The notes under the pieces: generated by a model
What the model saw: the letters and a program-made list of their open reading frames with translations, nothing else
What the model was told of the DNA's origin: nothing
The model's database searches: none
Part shown: positions 37,864-47,912 of the stretch, one piece after another
Position numbering within the stretch: position 1 is the first letter of the stretch
Layout: every line of letters starts with the position of its first letter
Made by a program: the position numbers and the translations under genes
NCBI GenBank assembly: GCA_965243735.1
Contig: CBDEVZ010000008.1
Coordinates: forward strand, 3,867,180 to 3,931,179
From: an uncultured Candidatus Binatia bacterium
GTDB lineage: Bacteria; Desulfobacterota; Binatia; Bin18
Direction of reading: 5' to 3'
Length of the DNA: 64,000 bases

Positions 37864-38937
37864 CTAATTGTTCAGGAGGAGAACACGCCGGTCTTCATTG
37901 ACCGAATCCATAATATCTTCGGAATGGGTCGCCATGATGTATTGGTTCTGAGGAGCCAAATCCACAAGCTGCTTCATGAAACTACGATGCCATTGAGCAT
38001 TGAGATGCAACTCCGGCTCATCGATAAACACCACAGAGGGATTGTCCTTCGTGTGATCCCAAATCAGGAAAAGCGTGGAGATAATTTCCTTTTGGCCGGA
38101 ACTCAGGCCGTCGAAGGCGAAGGAATCTTTTCCAGTTCTAGGTTTGACGCGGACTTCAACGGTGTTGTCGGGAGACGGCCGAAGCTTGTGGATCTCGCCT
38201 CCCGCATAAAACTTCATAAGATCGTTGAGCTTCTCAAGGGTCTCATCTGGATCCTCTTTCTCGACAAATTCAAACAAGTTGGCCCTACGCATTAAGGAGC
38301 GCAAAATCCTCAGTTTGAATATGCTCATAGGGAACTCATACCCCCTCCGCCGCCATCTCGGCGAGTGATCTCGTTCCACCATCATGCCTAGCTCTGGATT
38401 TCCTTCCTGAACTTTCCGGTAGCTATGGAACAGGAGAAAAGTGTTTTCGACGACCGGGTCCAGCGTAAAGCCACAAATTGCCTTGATGAGATGATCGGGA
38501 TCTCGCTCAGAGTCAAAGCGCTCATTCTCGCGTATCTTCTCGAGTAGCGACCCACCTGCTATTTTGACTAGGCCGTGACGATCTATTCGGATTCGTACCG
38601 GTCCTGACTCGTCGCCGAGAACAATGTCACCTTTAATTTCAGCATAGTGGGAACCCGCCTTGATAAGCAGGTCGGGCACATCCAATTCCGATCGGCCACC
38701 ATACAACTTGAAAAGCTCCTTGAAGCGCTTCACCCCCAAAGAGAGCGCTAGGAGTAGCAACGAACAACACTCGATAACCGATGTCTTTCCAAGGCCATTC
38801 TCGCTGCCCATGACGAGGATATCTGGATCATTAGGCATTCGTGGCGACGGGAAGTCCAACGCAAGCGCGTCGAGGCCTTTGTAATTGCGTATGGCTAGGT
38901 GCCTGATTTTAATTGGCAGGTTTGGGCCTCTCTGCAT
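37864..38937 (-). CDS. AAA_15/AAA_21 ABC-type ATPase, AriA/AbiLii-like
   Basis: GSENGLGKTSVIEC Walker A, ...VVFIDEPELHLN Walker B/D-loop, ATHSEDIM H-loop. 357 aa. Confidence 0.65.
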   Translation of the reverse strand: MQRGPNLPIKIRHLAIRNYKGLDALALDFPSPRMPNDPDILVMGSENGLGKTSVIECCSLLLLALSLGVKRFKELFKLYGGRSELDVPDLLIKAGSHYAEIKGDIVLGDESGPVRIRIDRHGLVKIAGGSLLEKIRENERFDSERDPDHLIKAICGFTLDPVVENTFLLFHSYRKVQEGNPELGMMVERDHSPRWRRRGYEFPMSIFKLRILRSLMRRANLFEFVEKEDPDETLEKLNDLMKFYAGGEIHKLRPSPDNTVEVRVKPRTGKDSFAFDGLSSGQKEIISTLFLIWDHTKDNPSVVFIDEPELHLNAQWHRSFMKQLVDLAPQNQYIMATHSEDIMDSVNEDRRVLLLNN

Positions 38938-39113
38938 GACAGCCTCCCTGTATTATCACCGCTCTTAGTATAGTTACCTGTGCCCACGAAAGGGGACACA
39001 CTGCGCCTTCCTTACGACACTCGGGCCACATCGCAACATCGCATCTGATAAGGACCGTTGTGTCAAGCTCAGGCGCTGGTTCGACCCACGTCACAGCCCA
39101 GCAGCCATTCGCT

Positions 39114-39392
39114 TCACTGCCGCGTGCGGAACGATTGGGCGGGCTCCTGGCGCCGAATCCACTCGCGCAGTGCTTCGTTGATCCGCGTCTGCCAGCCGCG
39201 GCCACCGGCCTTGAAGTGGGCCAGCACGTCGGGCGACAGCCGGATAGTCGTGGACACTTTCGGGCTGGCGACCGGCGGCCGCCCACGGCGGACCGGTGCC
39301 TTGGCAAACTTCTCTGGCCACTCGCCCGCCGATAAGTCCGGGGCCGTGTCTGGGTCAAAATCGCGAGGTGTAGAGCGCTCGTTCCCGTTCAT
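39114..39392 (-). CDS. BrnA-like antitoxin (orphan)
   Basis: TTIRLSPDVLAHFKAGGRGWQTRINEALREWI matches the BrnA RHH-like core. Only ~140 bp of AT-rich non-coding DNA lies upstream, so no brnT is present. Confidence 0.5.
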   Translation of the reverse strand: MNGNERSTPRDFDPDTAPDLSAGEWPEKFAKAPVRRGRPPVASPKVSTTIRLSPDVLAHFKAGGRGWQTRINEALREWIRRQEPAQSFRTRQ

Positions 39393-39533
39393 TATCGAAC
39401 TCGATCCTCAGTATTTTTGTTACTACATTAAAGATAGCTCTAACGATGAAGTCAAGCGAGTATCGAGGTATCGATCTGCTACTCATGGGAGCTGAAGATT
39501 CTTCGGTCCGCGTTTCGAAGGGGTGTCCGGAGT

Positions 39534-41276
39534 CTAGCGGAGAATGATCGGCAGCACGATGTGTGAGGGTCGCAGCTCGTCGTGAAATACGCGCTGCAGG
39601 GCCGGCTCCAATCGGCCGGCTTCGGCAGCGCTCTGCCCCGTCTGGGGATTCCGATCAAAACGAGGAAAATTCGAGCTGGCGATCTCAAGCCGGATACGGT
39701 GGCCGGCTTTGAACACATTGCTCGTCGCCCACAGGTCGAGGGTGTATTCGTACACCTCGCCCGGGGTGAGCGGTTTCGCCCGGGTTTTCGACTCCCGGTA
39801 GCGACCACGAATAATGCCGTCGCTGAGGTTGCGCGCGTAGCCGTCCGGCGCCACGTCTACCAGCTTGGCCGTAAAGTCGGTATCGACCGCGCTGGTCGCC
39901 GCATACAGCGTCACGCCGAGCGGCCCGGTTACCTCAAGGTCGCGCTCCAGAACGGGGCTGGTATAGACCAGCACGTCCGCCCGTTCTTCAATCGGTCGCT
40001 GATCGAAGGCTCCGCCCGGCATCGCGGCTGGCCAGCCGGTCACGGCTCCGCCCCTGGTCGGGACCGGGTCGCGCGGGTCTGAGACATACACGTCGGCCGG
40101 CTCGCCGCCGGGCGCATCAAGGCTGAGCAGCCCGTCTCCACCCAGACTGTTCGCCTGTCCCTCGCTGTGCAGGTAGTGCTTGGTGTACCGGGTCCGGGCC
40201 AGCGGCCACTCGTTCTCGGTCCGCCAGGTGTTCGCTCCCATGGTGAAGAGACGGACCGGCGGCTCGTCGAGCAGGCCGTTGGGTTTGCCCTTCAGCCAGT
40301 AATCAAACCATTTGATATGCAGGCCGTCCAAATCCGCGACAAGACTGTGGCTGGCAAAGCCGAAGTCAACATCGCCCACAACGTTGCCGAGCGGCAGGGT
40401 GTGGTACCAGGGGCCGATGACCAGCTTTTGCCCCTGCCGCGCCTGGGGCGTGCCGCCGCGCTCGCGCATGCCCACATAGTTGCGGAGCGTTCCGCCCAGG
40501 AAAATGTCATGCCAGCCGCCGACGTTGCAGGCCGGCACTCTGACGGAGCCGTGCTGGGCTTCAATGCTCCAGCGCGCCCAGTAGTCATCATCGTCGGGAT
40601 GGGCCAGCCAGTCGTAAAAATACGGGGCGGCTTCGGCCAGGAGCGGAAAGTCCGCGAGCGGCAGGTGTTGAAACAGCTGGGGCAGCCGGTCGATGGACCC
40701 GATGAGAGCACCCAGTTTTTCACCCCCATCAGGCTGGGCCCGGCTCAGACGCGCAGCCGTATCGGGCGCCAGACGGGCCAGGGTCCAGCTGGCGTTAAAG
40801 CCCAGGGCAAACGCTCCGCCCTGATACGTCCAGCCCTCATGGTAGTCCGAGGCTGTAATCAGCGGAAAGATGGCTTTGAGGTGCGGCGGCGCGCTCAGCG
40901 CCGCCAGCCACTGGGTCGCCCCGACATACGACGCGCCGTACATGCCGACCTGGCCGTCCGACCAGGCCTGGGCCGCGCACCACTCAACGCTGTCATAACC
41001 GTCCGTGATATCGTCCCGGAAGGCATAAAACTCGCCCCCGGACGCATACCGACCCCGGGTGTCCTGAATCACCACCGCATAGCCTTCACTCGCCGTGCGG
41101 ACAACGTCAAGCATCAGGATCACGCCGGCCAGTAGAGCCTTGTTATACGGTGTCCGCTGGAGGATGACCGGATATTTTCCAGCTGTGGTCGGGCGGTAGA
41201 CATCGGCCCGTAAGACCGTGCCGTCGCGCATGGGTACGGGAACATCCTTGTCAATAATGAGACTCGCGTATGACAT
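39534..41276 (-). CDS. CocE/NonD family hydrolase (X-Pro dipeptidyl-peptidase S15 alpha/beta hydrolase)
   Basis: 580 aa from MSYASLIID (GAGGGGAA RBS); GASYVG nucleophile region, C-terminal jelly-roll domain. The track ORF's 75-codon N-terminal extension is rejected. Confidence 0.75.
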   Translation of the reverse strand: MSYASLIIDKDVPVPMRDGTVLRADVYRPTTAGKYPVILQRTPYNKALLAGVILMLDVVRTASEGYAVVIQDTRGRYASGGEFYAFRDDITDGYDSVEWCAAQAWSDGQVGMYGASYVGATQWLAALSAPPHLKAIFPLITASDYHEGWTYQGGAFALGFNASWTLARLAPDTAARLSRAQPDGGEKLGALIGSIDRLPQLFQHLPLADFPLLAEAAPYFYDWLAHPDDDDYWARWSIEAQHGSVRVPACNVGGWHDIFLGGTLRNYVGMRERGGTPQARQGQKLVIGPWYHTLPLGNVVGDVDFGFASHSLVADLDGLHIKWFDYWLKGKPNGLLDEPPVRLFTMGANTWRTENEWPLARTRYTKHYLHSEGQANSLGGDGLLSLDAPGGEPADVYVSDPRDPVPTRGGAVTGWPAAMPGGAFDQRPIEERADVLVYTSPVLERDLEVTGPLGVTLYAATSAVDTDFTAKLVDVAPDGYARNLSDGIIRGRYRESKTRAKPLTPGEVYEYTLDLWATSNVFKAGHRIRLEIASSNFPRFDRNPQTGQSAAEAGRLEPALQRVFHDELRPSHIVLPIILR

Positions 41277-41337
41277 ATTTCCCCTCTTCTCCTGACTAAA
41301 AAACGTGCGGCGCCAGGCGGCGGTCGGAGACGCAGCC

Positions 41338-42495
41338 TCACACCGCCCGAATCTTGGGTAAGACCTCGCTGGCGAACAGGCGCAGACTCTGGGTTGCCAG
41401 CGCGTCCGGCAGGGAGCCGAACTGGAACATGGCCAGCAGGGTGCCCCGTTTGCCAACCTCACGCTGGCGCTTGATCTGGGCGATGACGCTGTCCGGGCCA
41501 CCCAAAATCACCGTCCCGTTCTCGATCCCCTCGTCCACGCTATAGCCCATGGCCTTGCCCGTCTCCTGGCTGGTCACATTCTTCAGCCAGTCGCGCATGC
41601 CAGCGACGCTCATATGCCCCGGGACCAGGGAGACGGTCCCAATGTCAAAGGAGGCCAGGGCCCGAAAAAAATGGTACTCCAGGTGCGTCTCCGCCTCCAG
41701 CCGCGCCTTTGCATCGTTCTCCCCAACATAGATTGCGCAGATGGCGGCGAACATATCGTCGAAGTCCTCGGCCACGGGAATGTCCTGTTCCCCGGCCAGC
41801 CGACGGTAGGTCTCGGAGATGTAACGGGTCCGGTCCAGGCTGACCCAGGGGGTGGCGATATACGTCCGGTTCTGGACGGCGAAGTCCAGGCTGTCCAGGC
41901 TGTTGGCCGCCATCCATATTTTTGGATACGGCTTCTGGAGCGGCCGGGGCCAGATATTATAGTTCCGCACCCGATAATACTCGCCGTCGAAGTTAAACGG
42001 TCCCTCGGTTGACAGCGCTTTTATCACCAGGGCAAACCCCTCTCGAAAGCGTGCCTGGGACTCGGCCGGGTTGACCCCATAGGACAGATACTCGGTCGGA
42101 AAGCCCCGCAGGGCGCCCCAGATGAACCGCCCGCCGCTGAGATGGTCGAGCATCGCCACCTCCTCGGCGACCATGAGCGGATGGTGGAGAGGGATGCACG
42201 AGCCGGTCACCGCCACCTTCAGGCGCTTGGTGCGCTGCGAGACTGCGCCGGCCATGACGTGGGTCGAGGGAACGAGGGCGCAGAATCCACCCCCGCCGTG
42301 GTGCTCCTGACAGGTGAAGCCGTCAAGACCGAGTTCGTCGCTGAGCGCAATGCGGTCGAGTTCTTGCTGGAGCAGGGCGTTGCCCCGCTGTGGATCGAAA
42401 TACGTATTCGACAGCGGATACGAGCCGGGCACACCGACCGGGGCATCCTCCGGCAGGTCAGGCCAGCCAAACAACACCATATTGAAGATTTTCAT
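41338..42495 (-). CDS. LLM-class flavin-dependent oxidoreductase
   Basis: 385 aa from MKIFNMVLFGW. Luciferase-like TIM barrel. Start overlaps the upstream hydrolase stop by 4 nt. Confidence 0.75.
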   Translation of the reverse strand: MKIFNMVLFGWPDLPEDAPVGVPGSYPLSNTYFDPQRGNALLQQELDRIALSDELGLDGFTCQEHHGGGGFCALVPSTHVMAGAVSQRTKRLKVAVTGSCIPLHHPLMVAEEVAMLDHLSGGRFIWGALRGFPTEYLSYGVNPAESQARFREGFALVIKALSTEGPFNFDGEYYRVRNYNIWPRPLQKPYPKIWMAANSLDSLDFAVQNRTYIATPWVSLDRTRYISETYRRLAGEQDIPVAEDFDDMFAAICAIYVGENDAKARLEAETHLEYHFFRALASFDIGTVSLVPGHMSVAGMRDWLKNVTSQETGKAMGYSVDEGIENGTVILGGPDSVIAQIKRQREVGKRGTLLAMFQFGSLPDALATQSLRLFASEVLPKIRAV

Positions 42496-43334
42496 CGGAC
42501 CGTTCCCTCTCGGCCTGCGCTGAAGGTTCGGATAGCCTCGACGACGGCCTCGGGGTTCTCGACGTACGGCAGATGGCCGGCGTCGGGAATCGTCGCACTG
42601 CGGGCCTGGGGCAGGCTGGAGGTCCACACCCCGGCGTGGGACGGATCGAGCAGCGGATCGTTCGCCCCCCACACCACTAGCGTCGGCGTGGTCAGCAAAA
42701 ACAGCCGGTGAGTCAGGCGGCGGTCGTGGAGGTAGGGATCGAACACCAGCCGGATGCTGGCGCTGCGGCTCTGGATAAAGGCGTCGTGCCAGTCGGCCAG
42801 ACGCGGAACGTAGGTCCGGCTCTGTTCGCCGTCCGGCTCGGTGAAGAAATAGCCGGGCAGCCGGGCCGGGTCGGTGTAAAAGATATTCGGCACCGCAGTC
42901 CAGTCTCGGACGAGACCCAGGGGGGCGATCAATACCAGCCGAGATACACGCTCGGGTCTGAGCAGGGCCAGCTCGGCGGCGACCCAGCCTCCCAGGCAGG
43001 AGCCGACCAGGATGGGCTGTTGGAGTCCCAGGCTATCCAGGAAGCGCAGCAGCAGGAGCGCCAGGTCGTGCGGCGTTCGCATCCAGTCCGGTGCGGTTGA
43101 GCGACCGTAGCCGGGCAGGTCCGGGACGTACAGCTGAAACAGCTCGGCCAGCCGGGCATGGTGGGGCATCCAGCCGGGCTCGCCCCACAACCAGTGCAGC
43201 CAGACCAGGGTCTGACCCTGACCGGCGCGTCGATAGCTCAGCCGGATATCGGATTCTCCAGGCAGGTGCAGAACTTGTGTTTCAAGCCTGGGTGAGGCGG
43301 CTCCGACCTCCGTTTGTGCGCTGCTGTCCCCCAT
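42492..43334 (-). CDS. Alpha/beta hydrolase
   Basis: VGSCLGGWVA nucleophile elbow, HG oxyanion region. 280 aa. Confidence 0.75.
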   Translation of the reverse strand: MGDSSAQTEVGAASPRLETQVLHLPGESDIRLSYRRAGQGQTLVWLHWLWGEPGWMPHHARLAELFQLYVPDLPGYGRSTAPDWMRTPHDLALLLLRFLDSLGLQQPILVGSCLGGWVAAELALLRPERVSRLVLIAPLGLVRDWTAVPNIFYTDPARLPGYFFTEPDGEQSRTYVPRLADWHDAFIQSRSASIRLVFDPYLHDRRLTHRLFLLTTPTLVVWGANDPLLDPSHAGVWTSSLPQARSATIPDAGHLPYVENPEAVVEAIRTFSAGREGTVR

Positions 43335-43453
43335 CGGTTCTCTCCTTGGCGGGCTTCCGATACGTGCCGCAGCTGGACAAGAAAGTCAAATGTACAGTAT
43401 AGGTCGGCCATGCCCGCAGGTTCTCCGACCCGAGAGAGACACAGAGGACACGC

Positions 43454-43936
43454 ATGCAATTTCTCACCACCGATCTGTGCGACGCCCATCCCGACCTGGT
43501 GCGGGTTGTGGAACCGCTGTTCACCAACTACGGCGGCAAGGTCTGTTTCGGCGGGCCGATTGTCACCGTCAAGTGCCACGAGGACAATTCGCTAGTGCGC
43601 GACACCGCGGCCACCCCCGGCCACGGCAGGGTCATGGTCGTCGATGGCGGAGCGTCCATGCGACGCTCCCTGCTGGGTGACATGATCGCGGAAAACGCGG
43701 TCAAAAATGGCTGGCAGGGGTTTATCATCTACGGCTGCATTCGGGACGTGGACGCGATCCGGGAGCTGGACATCGGCGTTCAGGCGCTGGGCCGGATTCC
43801 GCTCAGGACGGACAAGCGCGGGGTTGGCCAGCGCGATATTGCGGTCACGTTCGGCGGGGTGACCTTCAGGCCCGGCGAGTTTGTGTACGCCGACAACAAC
43901 GGCATCATCGTTTCGGCTCAGGATCTCGTTTCCTGA
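43454..43936 (+). CDS. RraA family protein (RNase E regulator / HMG-CHA aldolase-like)
   Basis: 160 aa; ...[15 protein letters not shown]...VMVVDGGAS...[10 protein letters not shown] RraA/MenG fold. Confidence 0.75.
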   Translation: MQFLTTDLCDAHPDLVRVVEPLFTNYGGKVCFGGPIVTVKCHEDNSLVRDTAATPGHGRVMVVDGGASMRRSLLGDMIAENAVKNGWQGFIIYGCIRDVDAIRELDIGVQALGRIPLRTDKRGVGQRDIAVTFGGVTFRPGEFVYADNNGIIVSAQDLVS

Positions 43937-44044
43937 GCCTCCCAAGCCCGCCCAGCCCGCGCTTTTTTCTCCGTCGGAAGCCTCGGCTTTCTCTTGTATT
44001 CCGCCCCATTCTCGACAATAAGGGAGGGCAGGAGGGACACAGCC

Positions 44045-44650
44045 ATGAAAGTGAGCGGCGCCCTGGCCTGGCACCCCGAGGTGGCCATGAGCCAGGAAGA
44101 GATCGACGATTTCCTGTCGGGTCGCTGGGTCGCTCGGCTGGCCACCATCGGCCCCGACGGTTACCCGCACGTCAGCCCGCTGTGGTACTACTGGGACGGG
44201 CGCTGTGTGTACATGGCGCTGACCCACACCCGCAAACCCTGCAAGCATCTGCGCCACAACCCGCGCTGTTCGCTGGCCATCGACATGGACGACCGACCGC
44301 TGATGGGCATGCGCAGCAATCTGGCCAAGGCGGTGATCATCACCGGTGAGGCCGAGCTGACCCCAGTCGGCTCGGACAAAACGGTCACGATCGAGGCCGG
44401 TCCGTGGCAGGGCGAGTACCGGCCCGAGCAGGTAGTAGCGATGATCGGCAGCCGCTATCCGCTGTCCAGCCGCGACGGAGCGCTCGGCTTTACCCTGGAG
44501 TCCTACCGCGAGCTGTTCTCCCAACCCGGCATCGAACACAGCCAGCTGTTCAAGGACAACGTCGGACGGGTAGTGACCAAGATCACGCCCAAGAAAATTC
44601 AGGCCTGGGATTTTTCAAAAGCGCCAATTGGGACAACGGACAACGCGTGA
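44045..44650 (+). CDS. Pyridoxamine 5'-phosphate oxidase-like FMN/F420-binding protein
   Basis: RLATIGPDGYPHVSPLWYYWDG split-barrel motif. Start at MKVSGALAWHP. Confidence 0.6.
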   Translation: MKVSGALAWHPEVAMSQEEIDDFLSGRWVARLATIGPDGYPHVSPLWYYWDGRCVYMALTHTRKPCKHLRHNPRCSLAIDMDDRPLMGMRSNLAKAVIITGEAELTPVGSDKTVTIEAGPWQGEYRPEQVVAMIGSRYPLSSRDGALGFTLESYRELFSQPGIEHSQLFKDNVGRVVTKITPKKIQAWDFSKAPIGTTDNA

Positions 44651-44669
44651 AGCAGACCAGGAGGGAGTC

Positions 44670-46109
44670 ATGCTCGATCTTGTGATCAAAGGCGGACAGG
44701 TGGTCACTCCCCAGGCCGTTGGGGAGATGGATATCGGCATTCAGGGCGAGAAAATTGCCGCTGTCGGCTGGGCGGGCAGCCTGGCTGCGGACGCCGGGCG
44801 GGAGATTGACGCGACGGGCAAGATCGTCATTCCGGGCGGCATCGAACCCCACGCCCATATCGGCATTCCGGTGCCCAGCGAGTGGTCCGGTCAGCCCGAC
44901 ATCATGACCCAGCCACCCCAGGACGCCAGTCGGGCGGCCGCCTTTGGCGGGGTGACGACGATTGTCGATTTTGCCGGCGACCTGAGTCTGGAGGACAGGG
45001 GCGACGCGCCGGCCAAGTCGATCATGAGCGTGGTGGAAGAACGCCGTGACGTGTTTCGGACCCACGCCTACACCGACTATACCTTCCACTATATTCTGGC
45101 CGGCGAGGTGGCGCCGGAGACCATTGGCGAAATCGGCGAGGCCGTGCAGGAGGGCGTGGCCAGCTTCAAGATCTTCACCACCTTTCATCCCATCCGGGTG
45201 CCCTACGGCCAGCTGTCGGCCATCTTTGCCGAGGTGGCCAAGCACGGCGGCATTATGGCCGTGCATGCCGAAGAGGATGAGATCGTGCGCTACATGACCG
45301 AGAAGCTCAAGCGCGAGAACCGTGCCCAGGGCTACAACCTGCACCTGGTGCATAACAACCTGTCCGAGGATCTGGCCTTCCGGCATGTGATCCGGCTGGC
45401 CCAGCACAGCGGCGCCGGGATCTACTTTGTGCATACCACGGCCAAGGAGGGCGTGGCGGCCATTGCCGAGGCGCGCGCCGCCGGTCAGCCGGTGTACGGC
45501 GAGGCGCTGCACAACTATCTGGAGTTCACCTGCGAAGACTACAAGAAGCCCGGCGGCACCGCCATTCACACCTACCCGGCGATCAAGTTCGCCGACGACC
45601 GCGACGCGCTGATCGCCGGTCTGATGGACGGCCGGCTGGCCACCACCGCCACCGACGAATACACCACCCACAAGGGCCCCAAGCTGTGGGGCGGCACCAT
45701 CGAAACGGTATGCGGCGGCCACAACGGGATCGAAACCCGCATCCCGGTCGCCTACACCAAGTTTGTGGCCGAGCGCAACATGCCGCTGCAACGCTTTGTG
45801 GACATTACCTCGGCCAACGCGGCCAGGCTGCTCGGGCTCTACCCGCAGAAAGGGGCGATTCAGCCCGGCAGCGACGCCGACCTGGTCATATTCGATCCCG
45901 GGCTGCACAAGACCATCAGCCTCGACGACCTGCACGCCAACTCCGACTACAGCATCTGGGAGGGCTATGCCAGTCAGGGCTGGCCGGTCATGACCCTGCT
46001 GCGGGGCAAGGTGATTGTTGAGGACGGCAAGCTGGTCGGCAGCTCGACCGACGGCCGCTGGCTCAAGCGGCGGGTGTCCGGGGATGTGATCTCGCGGCCG
46101 GTGGTGTAG
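44670..46109 (+). CDS. Dihydropyrimidinase / D-hydantoinase (cyclic amidohydrolase)
   Basis: GGIEPHAHIG metal-binding motif, carboxylated-Lys context. 479 aa; GGAGGGA RBS. Confidence 0.85.
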   Translation: MLDLVIKGGQVVTPQAVGEMDIGIQGEKIAAVGWAGSLAADAGREIDATGKIVIPGGIEPHAHIGIPVPSEWSGQPDIMTQPPQDASRAAAFGGVTTIVDFAGDLSLEDRGDAPAKSIMSVVEERRDVFRTHAYTDYTFHYILAGEVAPETIGEIGEAVQEGVASFKIFTTFHPIRVPYGQLSAIFAEVAKHGGIMAVHAEEDEIVRYMTEKLKRENRAQGYNLHLVHNNLSEDLAFRHVIRLAQHSGAGIYFVHTTAKEGVAAIAEARAAGQPVYGEALHNYLEFTCEDYKKPGGTAIHTYPAIKFADDRDALIAGLMDGRLATTATDEYTTHKGPKLWGGTIETVCGGHNGIETRIPVAYTKFVAERNMPLQRFVDITSANAARLLGLYPQKGAIQPGSDADLVIFDPGLHKTISLDDLHANSDYSIWEGYASQGWPVMTLLRGKVIVEDGKLVGSSTDGRWLKRRVSGDVISRPVV

Positions 46110-46139
46110 CCCGCCGGACAGCCGGCAAAGGAGGACAGG

Positions 46140-47036
46140 ATGAATCGGACTCTGACTGTGGCGGCCGCTCAGCTCGGCCCCAGCTCGACGGACAAAGCCC
46201 GCACCGTGGAGCGCATGGTCGGCCTGCTGGAGGAAGCCGGGCGACGCGAAGTGGAGTTGCTGACCTTTCCCGAACTGTCGCTGAGCCCCTACTTTGCGAC
46301 GCAGGTGCGCGAGTCGTGGCACGGCTTTGTGGAGACGGACTTTCCGCCGGCCCAGACCGAGGCGCTGTTCGCCGCCGCCCGACAGGCCGGGCTGCACTGG
46401 CTGTTGCCGTATGCCGAGCGGCAGGACAGCCAGGTCCATAACTGCGCAGCCCTGATCGACCCCCAGGGCGAGCTGGTCCATAAATACCGCAAAGCCCATA
46501 TTCCCGGCGTGGTCGAACCGCGCTGGGAGGGACCCGATATTTTTGAGAAGCGCTATTTTGCGCCGGGCGATCTCGGCTTTCCGGTCACCGCCCTGCCCAA
46601 GGTCCAGTTCGGCAGCCTGATCTGCTACGACCGGCGCTTCTCGGAGGCCTACCGCGCCCTGGCCCTGGGCGGGGCTGAGTTGATCTGCATCCCGTATAAC
46701 ACCCCGACCTTTGGCCAGCCGCGCGCCACCGCCCACGAAACGGCCGAAATCCTGCTGCGCGCCGCCGCGATTGAGAACCAGCTGTTCATTGTCGCGGCCG
46801 GCAAGGCCGGAACCGAGAACGGCCTGGAATACATCGGGGGCAGCGAAGTCATCGCCCCGAGCGGTCAGGTGTTGGCCAGGGCCAAAACCGACGGCGACGA
46901 ACTAGTGGTGGCGACCGTGGAGCTGGATACGATCGACAACCTGAAAGCCAAGTGGGATTTTCTGCCCGACCGTCGGCCCGAGCTGTATCACAGCCTGACA
47001 CAAACGCCCGCACAAAAGGGGGGAGACCATGAGTAA
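46140..47036 (+). CDS. Carbon-nitrogen hydrolase, N-carbamoyl-D-amino-acid hydrolase-like
   Basis: Nitrilase-superfamily E-K-C triad context (LTFPEL, ...KYRKAH..., ICYDRRF). Adjacent to the hydantoinase. Confidence 0.75.
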   Translation: MNRTLTVAAAQLGPSSTDKARTVERMVGLLEEAGRREVELLTFPELSLSPYFATQVRESWHGFVETDFPPAQTEALFAAARQAGLHWLLPYAERQDSQVHNCAALIDPQGELVHKYRKAHIPGVVEPRWEGPDIFEKRYFAPGDLGFPVTALPKVQFGSLICYDRRFSEAYRALALGGAELICIPYNTPTFGQPRATAHETAEILLRAAAIENQLFIVAAGKAGTENGLEYIGGSEVIAPSGQVLARAKTDGDELVVATVELDTIDNLKAKWDFLPDRRPELYHSLTQTPAQKGGDHE

Positions 47037-47895
47037 GCCAGCCTACGACATAGATGTCGAAGATGTTGAATACCTGCGCCACGGCGACAAGCCGCTGCTG
47101 GCCCGTTTGTTCAAACCGCGCGGCCGCGGACCCTTCCCGCTGATTATCGAACTCCACGGCGGGGCCTGGTGTCTGGGCGACCGGCTGATGGACACGCCGA
47201 TCAACGAACCGCTGGCACACAGCGGGGTGGTGGTCGCCGCCCTCGACTTTCGGGTTCCGCCCGACGCCTCCTACCCCGGCTCGCTGGTCGATATCAACTA
47301 CGCCATCCGCTGGTTCAAGACCCAGGCCGCCAGCCTGGGCGGCAATCCCGACAAGGTCGGCATCCTGGGCAGCTCCAGCGGCGCGCACCAGGCCGTGCTG
47401 CTCGGCATGCGGCCCCACGACGCCCGCTACTCGGCCCTGCCCCTGCCGGCCGGTTCAATGGTCGTCGATGCCCGGGTGCAATGCGTAATTCCGTGCTGGC
47501 CGGTCATCGACCCACTGGCGCGCTATCACTACGCCAAGAAACTCGTCGCCGGCGGTAAGCCCTACCCCGAGCTGGCCGACCTCGTCATCCCTCTGCACGA
47601 CAAGTACTGGAAGACCGAGCAGGCCATGGCCGAGGGCAACCCGGTGCTGGCCCTGGAACGCGGCGAGGAGGCCGAGCTGCCGCCGGTCCTGTACATTCAG
47701 GGCACCGAAGACAAAGCCCACCCCCGGCCCGATCTCGACCGTTTTGTCGAGCACTACCGCGCGGCCGGCGGTCAGGTCCAGCTTGAGCTGTTCGAGGGCG
47801 AGGCCGAGGGCTTTGCCATTCGCAAGCCCGACGCGCCGGCCTCCCGACAGGCGATTGACAAGATCGTCACCTTTGTCCACCAGCAGCTCGGCTAG
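47029..47895 (+). CDS. Alpha/beta hydrolase fold-3 esterase/lipase
   Basis: ELHGGAW oxyanion motif (HGGG variant) and GSSSGA nucleophile elbow. Confidence 0.7.
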   Translation: MSKPAYDIDVEDVEYLRHGDKPLLARLFKPRGRGPFPLIIELHGGAWCLGDRLMDTPINEPLAHSGVVVAALDFRVPPDASYPGSLVDINYAIRWFKTQAASLGGNPDKVGILGSSSGAHQAVLLGMRPHDARYSALPLPAGSMVVDARVQCVIPCWPVIDPLARYHYAKKLVAGGKPYPELADLVIPLHDKYWKTEQAMAEGNPVLALERGEEAELPPVLYIQGTEDKAHPRPDLDRFVEHYRAAGGQVQLELFEGEAEGFAIRKPDAPASRQAIDKIVTFVHQQLG

Positions 47896-47912
47896 ACGCG
47901 GAGGGACACGGC

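Noticed and set aside
39393-39533. Short AT-rich ORF (MSSRSIPRYSLDFIVRAIFNVVTKILRIEFDNERE...) upstream of the BrnA-like gene, considered as a possible BrnT
   Set aside because: Too short. AT-rich, promoter-like composition. It overlaps the brnA start out of frame and has no similarity to the BrnT (DUF497) core.
40167-41135. 322-aa plus-strand ORF inside the CocE/NonD hydrolase gene
   Set aside because: Antisense artefact.
44583-46736. 717-aa minus-strand ORF opposite the hydantoinase/carbamoylase genes
   Set aside because: Antisense artefact. Both plus-strand genes have diagnostic catalytic motifs.
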